DNA of 63,065 nucleotides, the filler included, from Folioceros fuciformis (lineage: Eukaryota), in assembly GCA_049999805.1 (NCBI GenBank). It is 7 parts of 7 records of this genome, joined end to end, with 100 filler letters (N's around TTAATTAATTAA, not from the genome) between each part and the next. Parts side by side here need not be neighbours in the genome. Positions count along the whole stretch, not along the records: positions 35,718 to 54,941 come from JBNGIO010002072.1; 6 more parts are not named here. One strand, 5' to 3'. This document shows positions 39,443 through 50,641 of this stretch, piece by piece. Made by a program: the position numbers and the translations under genes. The notes beneath the pieces were generated by a model that saw nothing but the letters and a program-made list of their open reading frames with translations, did no database searches and was not told the origin of the DNA. Every line of letters starts with the position of its first letter. Positions within the stretch are counted from its first letter, which is position 1.

Positions 39443-40583
39443 GGATTGAGCATATACCCTACTGCGTTCTTCCAGATGTTACTCAACACTGCCGATGGAA
39501 AATGTGCGAACAACTCCTGAACCACTACGAATGGACACTCCAGAAGACGGTTGTGTCCTACATCCGTGCAAGCTTATTATCCCTAACTGCCTCATCTGCA
39601 ACGATGGAACAAGGCAGGAGACGATGGAGGGGCAATGAGCCAAGCTGTTGTCTTCTGAATCTTCTCTCTCGTTTAGGTCACCTTTGCAGCGTCGAAAGGC
39701 ATGTAACCGTCAAGTCTTTCTATTCTGACTATGTACACAGTCTCCAGTGAAATGTCTCACCCAGCTCTGACTGATAAGTTCACCAAGAGGATGGAAGATG
39801 GCTATCCTTTGCTCAGGGGGCCCTTCCGTTCGAATGCCGTTTTCTCCCCATGAGAGACGAATTTTGCTGCTCTGACTGTCTCTAAGATGGGCAATAGCAA
39901 AAATTACTCGCTCGAACTGATGTTCAGATGCTAAACCAGAAGATCTAGACCAACAAACATATTCATTCGCAAATAATCTTGCCCTGAACTTGGCAGTCCT
40001 GCGTGTCGTGCACGCACTTGTAGTTTCGATCGTCCTGAGGTTAGGAGGACTCGGGTTGGCAGGTGACCCTGTGGCAGAGCATCGACGGTGGGAGGCGAAA
40101 ACGGGATGTCGTCGAGCAGGCCAATCCTGTCCGTGGCAAGGGATCCCAGGTCTACAAAGATGATAAATTGTGCAAACTGTGAAGACACAAGATGCAACCA
40201 ATAGTTCGGTAACTGAGTCACATTATTATGGGTTGCGCGGCTTGTGAGCATATAACATGAAACCATCGTCAGTACAGCAGCTGGGATCGCTTGAAGGAGC
40301 CCGTCCGGTGCGACTTGCCGGGTAAGCTCGTCACAGGATGGATGTACCCATCGAGGACCAATCTCCAGGGAAAACGTGTTGTGCCATTTCTGGGACAACA
40401 GACCTGACGGGTGAGGCCCCCCGCCCATAAGTTCGCCTAGATCCGTCCATGTCTTCGATGCAGAACTCTCCCAGAAACCGGTAGCGGTTGAAGCGATGAC
40501 TATTTGGAGCGTGGCAATTATATCAGTTTAGAGCATCACGATTCGTTGAGGCGGCTGTCTTTCTTGACCCAAACAAATGGTTG

Positions 40584-43022
40584 ATGGGGTTAATTGCTAT
40601 CCCAGCAAGAGCTCTTCCCGCCCACCTGACTTCATGCAAGCAAGATCTGTCAAACAACGACGATTTCAAGTGTGGCCCTTGGCCAAGGAAGACAGCCGGT
40701 GAACGGGGATATCTGGGTGGATTGGGACGTGGCCGGGGGCTCTTGTGGCAACCATCCTTCTTGTATCGAACATACTGGGTGGATAACAGGGAAAGTAGAA
40801 GGAGCTCCAGTTTGAGTCTGGATGTCTTGGGGCGTGGGCAAGTCCAGGAGGTCTTCTGGTTAAGCAACCTCATCAGGCCTGCAGGATACGAAGGTGACCT
40901 AACGGCTGAAACTGTGAGCAAGCTGTGTCAGCAGTGGGAGCTTACACAGGCTGTCGAAGCCCTGGGTGTTCTTGTGCACACAGACTATCCTACTCCCAAA
41001 TCACTTTTTTACACGCTCCTAAAACAATGTATGGGTCAGAAGGATTTGTCTCTGGGTCGCCGGGTTCATGCCCTCACCGTGAAGCAGGGTTACGAGATGG
41101 ACACGTTCTTGTGCAACCACATCCTGCGGATGTATGCCTCCCGTGCCAGGTTGCGAGAAGCGATGGATGTGTTCACCAATGTTTCCAAACCAGATGCCTT
41201 TACCTGGTCCGCCATCATCTGTGCTCATGTCCAGCACGGACAGGACAAGCAGGCCATACAACTGTATCATCGTATGCGCGGGTCAGGTGTGAAGGCAGAT
41301 GGGCATGTGTTTGTAGCAGCTCTTCAGGCTTGTGCGAGGGGAGCCGACTTGAAAGCCGGGCAACAGGTGCATGCTGATGTCTTGGCTAGTGATGTCGAAC
41401 CTAAGTTGTTTGTTTGGAATTGCTTAGTGGACATGTACGCCAAATGTGGCAGCCTGGAGGAGGCTCACAGAGTCTTTGACGGACTGCATGAAAAAGATGT
41501 GGTGACATGGACTGCCATGATAGCAGGATATTCCCAGCAGGGCATGGGGTGGGAAGCCCTTCACCTGTACAGGACAATGCAAGAAAACAGTGTCGTACCG
41601 AATTCTGTGACATTTGTGTCGCTCCTGCAGGCATGTGCAAGTGTGGGCAGCCTGGCTTTGGGGAGTGGGAGGCAGCTTCATGCGCAGATCACAGACCGAG
41701 GTTATCAGGCTGAGTTGTTTGTAGGCAGTAGTTTGGTAAACATGTACGCAAAGTGTGGCAGCCTAGAGGATGCTCAGCGTGTGTTCGACGAGCTTCCTCG
41801 CAAAGATGTGGTCACGTGGAATGCCCTGATCGCTGGGTATGCCCAGAAGGACAGGGGGCTGGAAGCCTTGAGCCTTTACAGGGCCATGCAGGATGAAGGC
41901 AATGTTGCACCAAATTCGGTGACATTTGTGTGTCTCCTCCAGGCATGTGGAAGCGAAGGCGAGCCAGCTTTGGAGAAGGGAAAGCAACTTCATGTACACA
42001 TCACAGAACAAGGACTTCAAGCGGATGTGTCTGTGGCCAACAGTTTGGTGAACATGTATGCCAAGTGTGGCAGCCTAGAGGATGCTCAGGGTCTGTTTTG
42101 CAGGCTTCCTAAGAGAGATGTGGGAACGTGGAATGCCATGATAGCAGGATATTCTCAGAAGGACATGGGTCTGGAAGCCCTTCGTCTTTACAGGGCTATG
42201 CAAGAAGAAGGCCTGGCAGCACCAGACCGGGTGACATTTGTATGCCTCCTGCAAGCATGTGCAAACGTCGCAGCATTGCATCTGGGAAGGCAGCTTCATG
42301 CTCAGGTTAGAGAACAAGGGCTGCTCACCGACGTATTTGTAGCCAGCAGCTTGATAAACATGTACGCGAAGTCAGGCAGCATGTTCTATGCGCAACAGGT
42401 TTTTGATATGTTACCTGAAAAAGACGAAGTCACCTGGAATGCATTGATTTCGGGATACACCTCCCAAGGAGCCAGTGACGAGGTCTTTGACTTGCTTCAG
42501 AAGATGAGAGAAGATGGGAAGCAACCAACAGAGTCCTCGTTTACCAGTGTACTAACGGTATGCAGTCACACTGGCCTAGTGAACAAGGGCCAAGAGTACT
42601 TTAAGGCTGTGAGACAGTATGGCATCACCCGCACGGTGGAGCATTACACGTGTATGGTAGATCTCCTCGGTCGTGCTGGCCAAGTGAATGAGGCACTAAC
42701 TGTGGCGACAACAATGCCTGTACTACCCGATGCCGCAGTTTGGAGCACTCTCTTGGCTGCCTGCCGAAAGTGGGGCAATGTGGAGGTGGGACGCCGAGCA
42801 TTTGATGAAGCAGTCCTTTTAAACAAGGAAGATGCAACACCATATGTGTTGATGTCAAACATATACGCCGGCGTCCACATGTGGGAGCAGGCAATGGAGA
42901 TGCAGGCAAGGAGAACAGGAAATGGGGCGTGGAAACAGCCTGGGCAGAGCTGGTGGACAGATACCGATGGGGTGGTTCATAGCTTTCGGTCTGGGAATTA
43001 CACCCATCCACTGTGTGAATAA
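40584..43022 (+). CDS. PLS-class pentatricopeptide repeat protein with E domains and a truncated WW-type DYW start (organellar RNA editing factor)
   Basis: Repeated LVNMYAKCGSLEDA / DVVTWNAMIAGY / PNSVTFVCLLQAC triplets, HYTCMVDLLGRAG, VWSTLLAAC, YVLMSNIYA, WKQPGQSWWTD..VHSF. The true start codon is uncertain. Confidence 0.93.
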   Translation: MGLIAIPARALPAHLTSCKQDLSNNDDFKCGPWPRKTAGERGYLGGLGRGRGLLWQPSFLYRTYWVDNRESRRSSSLSLDVLGRGQVQEVFWLSNLIRPAGYEGDLTAETVSKLCQQWELTQAVEALGVLVHTDYPTPKSLFYTLLKQCMGQKDLSLGRRVHALTVKQGYEMDTFLCNHILRMYASRARLREAMDVFTNVSKPDAFTWSAIICAHVQHGQDKQAIQLYHRMRGSGVKADGHVFVAALQACARGADLKAGQQVHADVLASDVEPKLFVWNCLVDMYAKCGSLEEAHRVFDGLHEKDVVTWTAMIAGYSQQGMGWEALHLYRTMQENSVVPNSVTFVSLLQACASVGSLALGSGRQLHAQITDRGYQAELFVGSSLVNMYAKCGSLEDAQRVFDELPRKDVVTWNALIAGYAQKDRGLEALSLYRAMQDEGNVAPNSVTFVCLLQACGSEGEPALEKGKQLHVHITEQGLQADVSVANSLVNMYAKCGSLEDAQGLFCRLPKRDVGTWNAMIAGYSQKDMGLEALRLYRAMQEEGLAAPDRVTFVCLLQACANVAALHLGRQLHAQVREQGLLTDVFVASSLINMYAKSGSMFYAQQVFDMLPEKDEVTWNALISGYTSQGASDEVFDLLQKMREDGKQPTESSFTSVLTVCSHTGLVNKGQEYFKAVRQYGITRTVEHYTCMVDLLGRAGQVNEALTVATTMPVLPDAAVWSTLLAACRKWGNVEVGRRAFDEAVLLNKEDATPYVLMSNIYAGVHMWEQAMEMQARRTGNGAWKQPGQSWWTDTDGVVHSFRSGNYTHPLCE

Positions 43023-43519
43023 ATAAACCGCATGCGCAACGTCTGGGCATTTCCCGTCTGGGCATTTCCGCTACTGGAATCCAAGAGGCTCTCGTGCTGG
43101 CACGTCCATAAACGGGGCGGGGTCCTCGTTCACATCTGTGTACCAAAGACAGAATGGAACTTAACTTGTGTGTACGCAAGTCCGAAACACCTCCGACAGA
43201 TCATCTGCCAGCAAGGTACGTCGTTTCCACTTCAATCATGGTCCTGGCATAGCAAAATGACGAATGCCAAAATCTGCGGAAAGGTGAAATTAGTGAACTG
43301 CAGCTAGTAACTGCGGTAAGAGAGATTGAACAAGACTCAATCATTAGTCATCTGTGCGCACTGTTTCTGGTTGCAGTGCCGACCTGTGGTTCGGTGCATT
43401 TCGTAAACACGCCAGGAACGAAATGGCCCCACACCGTTGCATCATGCTCAGCAAAGCCTCACGACGTTCATGTCCTGCCAATGGAAAAATGACTGATGAG
43501 AACCTACATACACAAAAAA

Positions 43520-44865
43520 GGTCATCCACCGCATGTAGCAGATGTTCAATTGGCATTCCTCATGAACCTGATCTGCAGCATGCAAACGTACTGGGGTCTG
43601 TGCCACGCTCGGAGAGCATCATAGGCTTCCAAGACTTCCTTGAATTTCAGCTCCGACTCCTCTGTCATGAAGAAAGCGCTTGTCAGCGAAGCGAGTGCAA
43701 GCAACGGATTCCAACAAAGTGGGTAAGGTATCTAAGATACCTTTGCGGGACATGTTCCGATCAGGATGATGCTCCATGGCCCTTGCTCTAAAGGCCGCCT
43801 GGAATGAACGTAGGGCCCAAGTTAAGAGACAGACAGGTTGTCCAGAGATACAACTTAACCCAAACCAGAGTACCTTGATTTCCGCTTCAGAATACAGCGA
43901 GTGCCTTTGCCTGCCGCCACAGACAATCGAGATCAGATTTCCACCATAACGTCTCACACGCAGGCAATTCATCAGGGCACGTGGCAGAAATGTGAGAGAC
44001 AAAATTCGAGAGAGAGATCTGACACCTACGCGTCCAGACCCAAAACTAAGTAGTAATGTAACAGCCCAGGTTTTCTTAACGCATGTGAATCATGTCCTGT
44101 CCCTGTTCCCCTATCCTCTCGGGTCTTTTCTTCCCGATCATTCTTAGCATTCCATCCTGCATGGCGTTGGTCGTGCCATTTCTCGTAGCTCCCAGCATAC
44201 CGCATCTTTTCCCTGTAGAAAGCCTCCTGCATTCTCCGAATTCGCTCCTGCAAAGAACGGACACTGGTAAGTGTTTTAGTTTCCTCCGCTGCTAAAAACA
44301 TGTGACTAGTTGTCCCCTACCTTTCTCATCTCATTTTCCAAGTCCTCTCGCCAAACACGCTGATTTCGTGTGGAACCTCCTGCATCCGTGGAGTGTGTGT
44401 TCCCGTCCCATTTCCTTCTACTCGTGTTCCCATGTTCTCCAGGTTTGTACGAACTGCATCCCTTCAACAACCAGCTTGAATTCCATCATTTCGTTCGGAC
44501 AAGCTTCTCATTTCTCAACCAAGTAGCCTTCCATACATACCTGGCAATCGTGAACAGCTTTCTGCGCAAGACAAGAACGTTTCCTAACTGCGAAAGCGAC
44601 ATCACAGAGTTAGAAGCATAACCAGAAACCCTATTTTAGCTGCGAGAAACATGAACAAGGAAAACAAGTACTGTGATGAGCTTACAGCGATGGCCGCCAT
44701 GAAGAGGACTCCCAATTCCAAAACAGACCTACGACGGAGGTTCGAGGAGTCATTCTTGGCCTTAACATTCTCCAGCTCGGAACCCGCCATTCTTTGCTCC
44801 GCGACATCATCTGCAGAACAGTTCTTGTTCCCTGGAACCAAAGGGCATCCGGCAAGGACAGGCAC
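43520..44865 (-). CDS. J-domain (DnaJ type III) protein with a short N-terminal hydrophobic segment, multi-exon; ends approximate
   Basis: ERIRRMQEAF..HYYLVLGLDA | RHSLYSEAEIK | AAFRARAMEHHPDRN | EESELKFKEVLEAYDAL. Confidence 0.8.
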
Positions 44866-45209
44866 CTGCTGGAGGGATCTTCAGCGTGTGGAAGGACATC
44901 TTGCCGCGCTTGAGCGTATGGGTGAAATGGCACTTATTTCTTGACAACATTTTAGTGGATTTTAACTTGATTTTCTTCTCAGCCATTCCACCCCTTGTAC
45001 AGGAGGAAGCTGCAAGCAGGCATCGCGATAAATCCAAACTTTGGCTCGGCTGTGGCGATTCCGACTACTGATGCCCTAAACCTACCAGAGTTTGTGCGTC
45101 TCGTTGAGTGAATGGCTTGTGGAGCCCGCATCCCTTTGTCGGATTGAAACCTTTGTGCTGGAGCCCATCTTCGAGATGTTCATTTGAGTGGAAAGTTTCG
45201 TGTGGAAGT

Positions 45210-46248
45210 ATGAATTCCTTTTGTAGGAGGTCATTTGCCTTGCTGCGCAAACACTTATCGGTGCGCGTCGGACCTCTGTAATCTACTGAAGCTACTGTCC
45301 GCTTACTCCGGTGTTCTGTTCTCTGACTGATGGAATAGTTTGGTGTTTCGTTTGAGGACAGGTTGCCCAGCATCGCAATTTTAGTGACGAAGTCTCTGCC
45401 GCCGCTGCTGTCAAAGACGAGTGGTGGTCTGTAGATGGACTGGTCGTTCGCATTCGAGATGGAGAGATTATTCGCCCGAAGGAAGAGTATGAGCTGGTCC
45501 CGAATCCCAAGCCCATGAATTTGAAGAAGATTAGGATAGACAGGATAAAACGAGCCGCCGAAACGAAGATCAAGGACCGAACGGTTGGTAACACGGCCTT
45601 TTTTTTGCATCTCGCATTTGCCCTGCTCACCATCTTCGTAACCCTCGTCTCCTTCTGGGGATAGGGACAATCAGCCTACTGGCAAAGTTACCTGAAAAAC
45701 CTGCAGTTCGCAAGGACGGAGTGGGAAACTCTGTGCTACGAGGGGCCTCCGAAGGAACAAGTTGCTGTCAATTTCAATCTCCACATTGATCACTACAGGG
45801 TTCTGGGGATAGAGAGGTTTGCACCGTCGTTGTAGGAGCACGTTCTCTGTTTCTGTGGGAGAAGTTTGCTTCTGACGGGCTCGTTCTCTTGTGTGGCAGG
45901 AGGAACGAACCTTTCTCCTTACAACAGCTGAAGGTTGGAAATGTACTTCTTGGTTTGGGTTGCAAAATTCGCAGTGTGGGATCGACTCATGTTTCCTGAC
46001 TGGCTTTATCTGCAGAACGCCTTTAAGAGGAGAGCTAAGCTCTACCAGCCGGATCCAAGGGAACGCGGGAAGTACAATGGTAATGTTAAGGCATGCTGAG
46101 AATCAGCAGCATTCGTTGGTCGCTTTTTATACCTGAAGAGCAGTGACTCACTCAATGTATTTGGCTGTTTACAGCTGGAGCAGCAGCTAAATTCAGGCAA
46201 CTTTTTAATTCCTACAAGGCCTTGTCCTCACAGAAGAACAGGATATAG
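45210..46248 (+). CDS. J-like protein with HPD changed to QPD, about 6 exons, possible mitochondrial presequence
   Basis: Spliced reading with GT-AG introns: MNSFCRRSFALLRKHLS | VAQHRNFSDE..WWSVDG.. | GQSAYW..HIDHYRVLGIE | RNEPFSLQQLK | NAFKRRAKLYQPDPRERGKYN | GAAAKFRQLFNSYKALSSQKNRI*. The first exon is tentative. Confidence 0.72.
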
Positions 46249-47228
46249 GTAGTTAGGTCTGCTCTGCTCGAAGCTCGTGTAGGTGTGAATCGCCGTGTCA
46301 CTTGGTTTCCGTTTCCTTGTTGTAGAAAACTGAGATTTGTATTCCCGCTCCCCTCCGAAAAGGAGCCAGTCGCAATCTCACCATTGAAGTTGACGATGTC
46401 CTGTTAGTGGTAGATGCAGAGGAACTCTGGGTACTCGTATGGAAGAGGAACTATGAGTGCCTTGTGGCCCTATAATATTATAAAGCAAGAAGAATATATG
46501 GCCAGTGAACTCAGTAGGAGGAGGAAGTATTTTGGGTACTCCTACATACGAAGAACTCAGGGTACCTCGCCTACTGCCCAGTAGGGAGTCCAGTGCAGAA
46601 CATTCACGGAGGAAGGGTGATTTCTTTTTCCTGTCTTTTACTTCTAAACTATACAATTCAATTATATTGCAATCCAATTTTCCAAAACACTCATAAGTCA
46701 CTAGAGCTTGTTATCTTCACTCCGAGAAATATAATGCATGACAACTTCACTACAATGTTCGTGTGCTAGATGCATAAGCAGCTACAATTTAGACATAAAG
46801 CATTTGCAAGCTGTATCTCCTCCTTACAGGCCTTCTTTCAAAGATGCCTCACCTTTAACCGTTAGCACTTGAGTAATTTTGCAAGCGATAACTGAGGCAG
46901 ATAATACAGAATTAAGATTAAATACGAACATAGCAACTTTTAGGTTCCGCGCTTACTATTCTCGTCCAGTTAGGCAGCAAAACACGAAAGATTTAAATAA
47001 AAATACTTAAAAATGAATAAATTTGCTTCAAAAATCATAGATTCTAACCGTGATCGATCCAGGCCGGTGCCAAAGCAAGCCAGAAAAACCTGCTGCAGGT
47101 TACTCAACTTGTGGACGTCTCTAGGCGCAACTCTCACCGCTGCTTTAATTTGCAGTGCATATCTCCTTTAGTCACCCACCCCAGTGCAGCGGTGAGAAGT
47201 ACACCTTCAACAGTTCAGGTCGAGAGGG

Positions 47229-50200
47229 TTATATTTGAAAATCGATCGGTGCTGGACTGTTCATCTCAGCCGTCTCAATTTGCTGCAACGTGGGAGACCC
47301 TGGCAACTTCTTCGTCCTGGATCTTGGAGAAGACGTCGTCGAGGATGTTCTCTTGGGCGACTTGGGCGGATCGCCTTCCCCGGTTGAGATAGTCTTCGGG
47401 GATCTCGGGCTTCGAGGAGATCGGGGTTTCTTTTGAGGTTTAGGCTCCTTGGTCTCTTCCAAGGCAGACGGTGGACCCACGGGCAAGACCTCAATTTCTT
47501 CAACGGCCATGGTACCAATACTGGCTACGCTCTCCGCAAGAACCGCAGAAGCGCTAACTGTGGCATCTGAGAACGTCGTGGGACATTGACGTACCAGATG
47601 ATCCTCCTTTTGGCTCTGAGTTTCATCCACCAACGGCACAGGGTCCAGTGTGCCAGGCCTCGTCACACAAAGCCACTGACGGGGTGCAGTTATGTCGTCT
47701 CCTCCAGCTATCGGGAAGTGAAAGCCACCGCTCTCCGATTCCTGTGAAACTTCAATGTTAGTACGCAGCGCAAGAACCACATGCGTGGCAGGTTCAAAAC
47801 ACAAGTCGGTACCTGGATCACAATGGAATACGGAGGTGGCATGTGGAACTCCACGTCGTCCCTCTTTGAGATCGTGAATCTGACCTGAAAATGAAAAATG
47901 GTTGTTGGAAACTGAAATTTAGAACAGCTTGACGATTCAGGTCTCTGCTCGACTAGCGGACAGTCGCACAGAACATGATACCTGGTGTCGTTCTTTCCAC
48001 TTTGGAAAGAAGTCGGTTCCCAGGAGTTGAAACAGGTGATCACGCATTTCATCGTTTGTTACCAACAAACACTTGCATCTCACTGCAGCATAAAGCCAAT
48101 ACCTGCGAACCCATCAGGATGAGAAAAAAATACAGGCCAAAAATCTAGCAACCTTTTTCTCTAACACTTGCCTAATAAAAACAGAGAAACACGCACCAAT
48201 CATCGTTTGATCCTGTCGGTGTAGTAAATATTGTGTCCGCAACCCTCCACGCTTGCAAACACTGTTGTCCATTTGGAGTCATTGCAGCTCCGTCTCTTGT
48301 CCGCTTGTGATGTAAGACAATGAGAGGTAGTTTCTTTGAAGGACTCAATTTCTGCACTCCCTTCACAACAGCATTAACCTGCAAGAGGAGGAGTCACCGC
48401 AGGTGGTCAGAAAAACTACAGCTCTGAGCTAGAAGGATCACACCAATGGCTTCTTCTGACCTTCCACCACGAGAGACGACAAGCAAACATGGACCATAAC
48501 AAAAGAAGAAGGCTTTTTCGTGGCAGACCTGCGTGAAATTGAATCCCCCTTCACTGAAATTCTGATTCAGCAAGCCCACATTTGCAGCGTCCACAATCGC
48601 ATCATAGGGGCCATGACGGTCCAGCCATGACTGCAACGACAACCAACGTGAATATTGGAAGGCAAAGCCACAGGTCATACGCCACACTACATCACTCGTG
48701 TCAAAGGAGGAGATGACCAGGCTTGACAGTGTTCTGTGGAAGAATTGACACTCCTGTTCAAGACAACGCCTGTACCTGAAAATTTTTGAAATCCGCACGG
48801 GCTTCTCTAGAGCAGGCAAGGGTTGCAAGAGACTCTGCAAAGCTCTCAGTCTCCCGTGGGTCAATGTCAATGGTTACTAGCTTCTCTTTACAGCATTGGC
48901 AAATTCCGCTTTTATCGAGGGTGGTGTAATCAGCTTTCCAACGACCCTTCCCAAGCCAACCCAGACCATGCCAACCCCCACCACCTGCTTCTATTGCATG
49001 CTGTATTTGGTCCTGCCCCGGCGGATGAGGCCATCTCTGTTTCCCCAACTGATCAGCCCCCTCGTGAGTGAACCATCTATGGACAATGTCAACTGTAGCA
49101 GGAGACAGCTCCCGCATATTCTTTCGTAATCTGTGTACAAGAGCGTACACTCTGTCTTCCAAGCCTGTACTCACACTGAGTTCCAAAAGTGCCCGCAGCT
49201 CATCTTCTTCCGGCTGAACACCTGTTTCATCCATATGGGCATACACTTCAAATGCTTTCTCCACTTGCTTGAGTTTACAGTAAGTGAAGAGAGCAGGACC
49301 ATAGGACCGAAGCTTAGGGGCGATCTTCAAAGCAGCCATCTTCTTAATAACCTCAAAAGCCAGATCGCCATCCTCAATCGCAACCGCTAGCCTAGCCACC
49401 GAGGTCAGTGTTGGTTCGCCTGCAGTAACCCCACTAGCTTGCATGTGCTTGTATATCTCAAATCCTCGTTCCTGAGCTGTTAGCTTGACTTCATCCGTGA
49501 CCTCAGTCAGATTCCACGTCCATTTTACCTGATCGCTCCCGTCTGCAGGCTCCTGCAACGGGTCTACGGGAACGGACAACTCGTTCCCGACACTTCCCTT
49601 CTCCCTACCACTCTTTCCCGCCTTCAGCGTGCCCAGTGCAGCCGAAGAACACAGATACAAAAGCACATTGTACGCGTACTGGTCCAGTCTGATAGTTCCC
49701 TCCTTGACCACTTGGTCATAGAGGTTCAACGCATACAACAGATCCCCGAACTTGGAGCACATGTCCAAATTCCTTCGAAATTCTGACTCTGCGGAGTACT
49801 TTTTCTTCTTCCTTCTGCTTCCTCCGTTCTGCTTGTCGCCAGGTCTTTTCAGGGATCCTTCTACCTGGTTCTCCATGTCCTCTGAATCCCCAACAACAGA
49901 GCTTTCTGCCGGGCGGACGTTGTTGGGTTCAACGGCCAGCTCTACAACGCGCTGCGTCGAGGATGCCTTCTTCTCAGTGTCCAACACTGTCTGTCCCGAG
50001 AACCGACTGCGACTAGAACGACTGGAACCAACCCCACCAACAATGCCAGTCGTTCCAATATACAGACTTCTATTCGAGCTCGAACTCTCGTAAGCACGTC
50101 CAGAAGACTCTATCCTAGGATTGTATCTATACTTCCTCGTCCTGACATCCTGAGAGGACTGCGGCTTCGAAGATGCCGAATCCCGATGAAGCTGCGATTT

Positions 50201-50641
50201 CCCGGAAACGGCTCTTCCTGTCTCCACTTTACGATTCACATTCCGCGGAAACCTGCGCTCCTCTGTCCGTACCCCTGACCCAGCATCCGCAACCTTGATG
50301 TTCTGACCCAGCTTTTCCACAGCCTGCCCAGGCGACTCTGAAGGCTCTCTCCTCCAAACAGAATTCCTATACCTGCTACTAGCCTGAGACCAGCTCTTGG
50401 AAGACTCCGCCGGCGGATCAGACGTTTCCGACTGGGAAACAATGCTCCTGGCCTGCCAGCGACTTAAGGATATAGGCTGACGAGAGAAGAGCCAAGGGCA
50501 AGAGGGCCACCGAGGCAATGTGTGCAGACCCAGCTGCAGGTCCAGCTTCAATCCATTGCGCGGAACTGCGAAGCAACGTTCAGTGAAGCAATTGCAGCAG
50601 AGAAACATTGTCCTGATTACGACACAAGAGCTTACCTTCAT
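47229..50641 (-). CDS. PRORP: Proteinaceous RNase P (PPR plus NYN nuclease), multi-exon, long N-terminal extension
   Basis: LDMCSKFGD, YNVLLYLCS, PKLRSYGPAL, GGGWHGLGWLG, CQCC Zn site, DAIVDAANVG, TPTGSNDDWYWLYAA, VTNDEMRDH-like, MPPPYSIVIQ, QWLCVTR. The start is uncertain. Confidence 0.93.
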
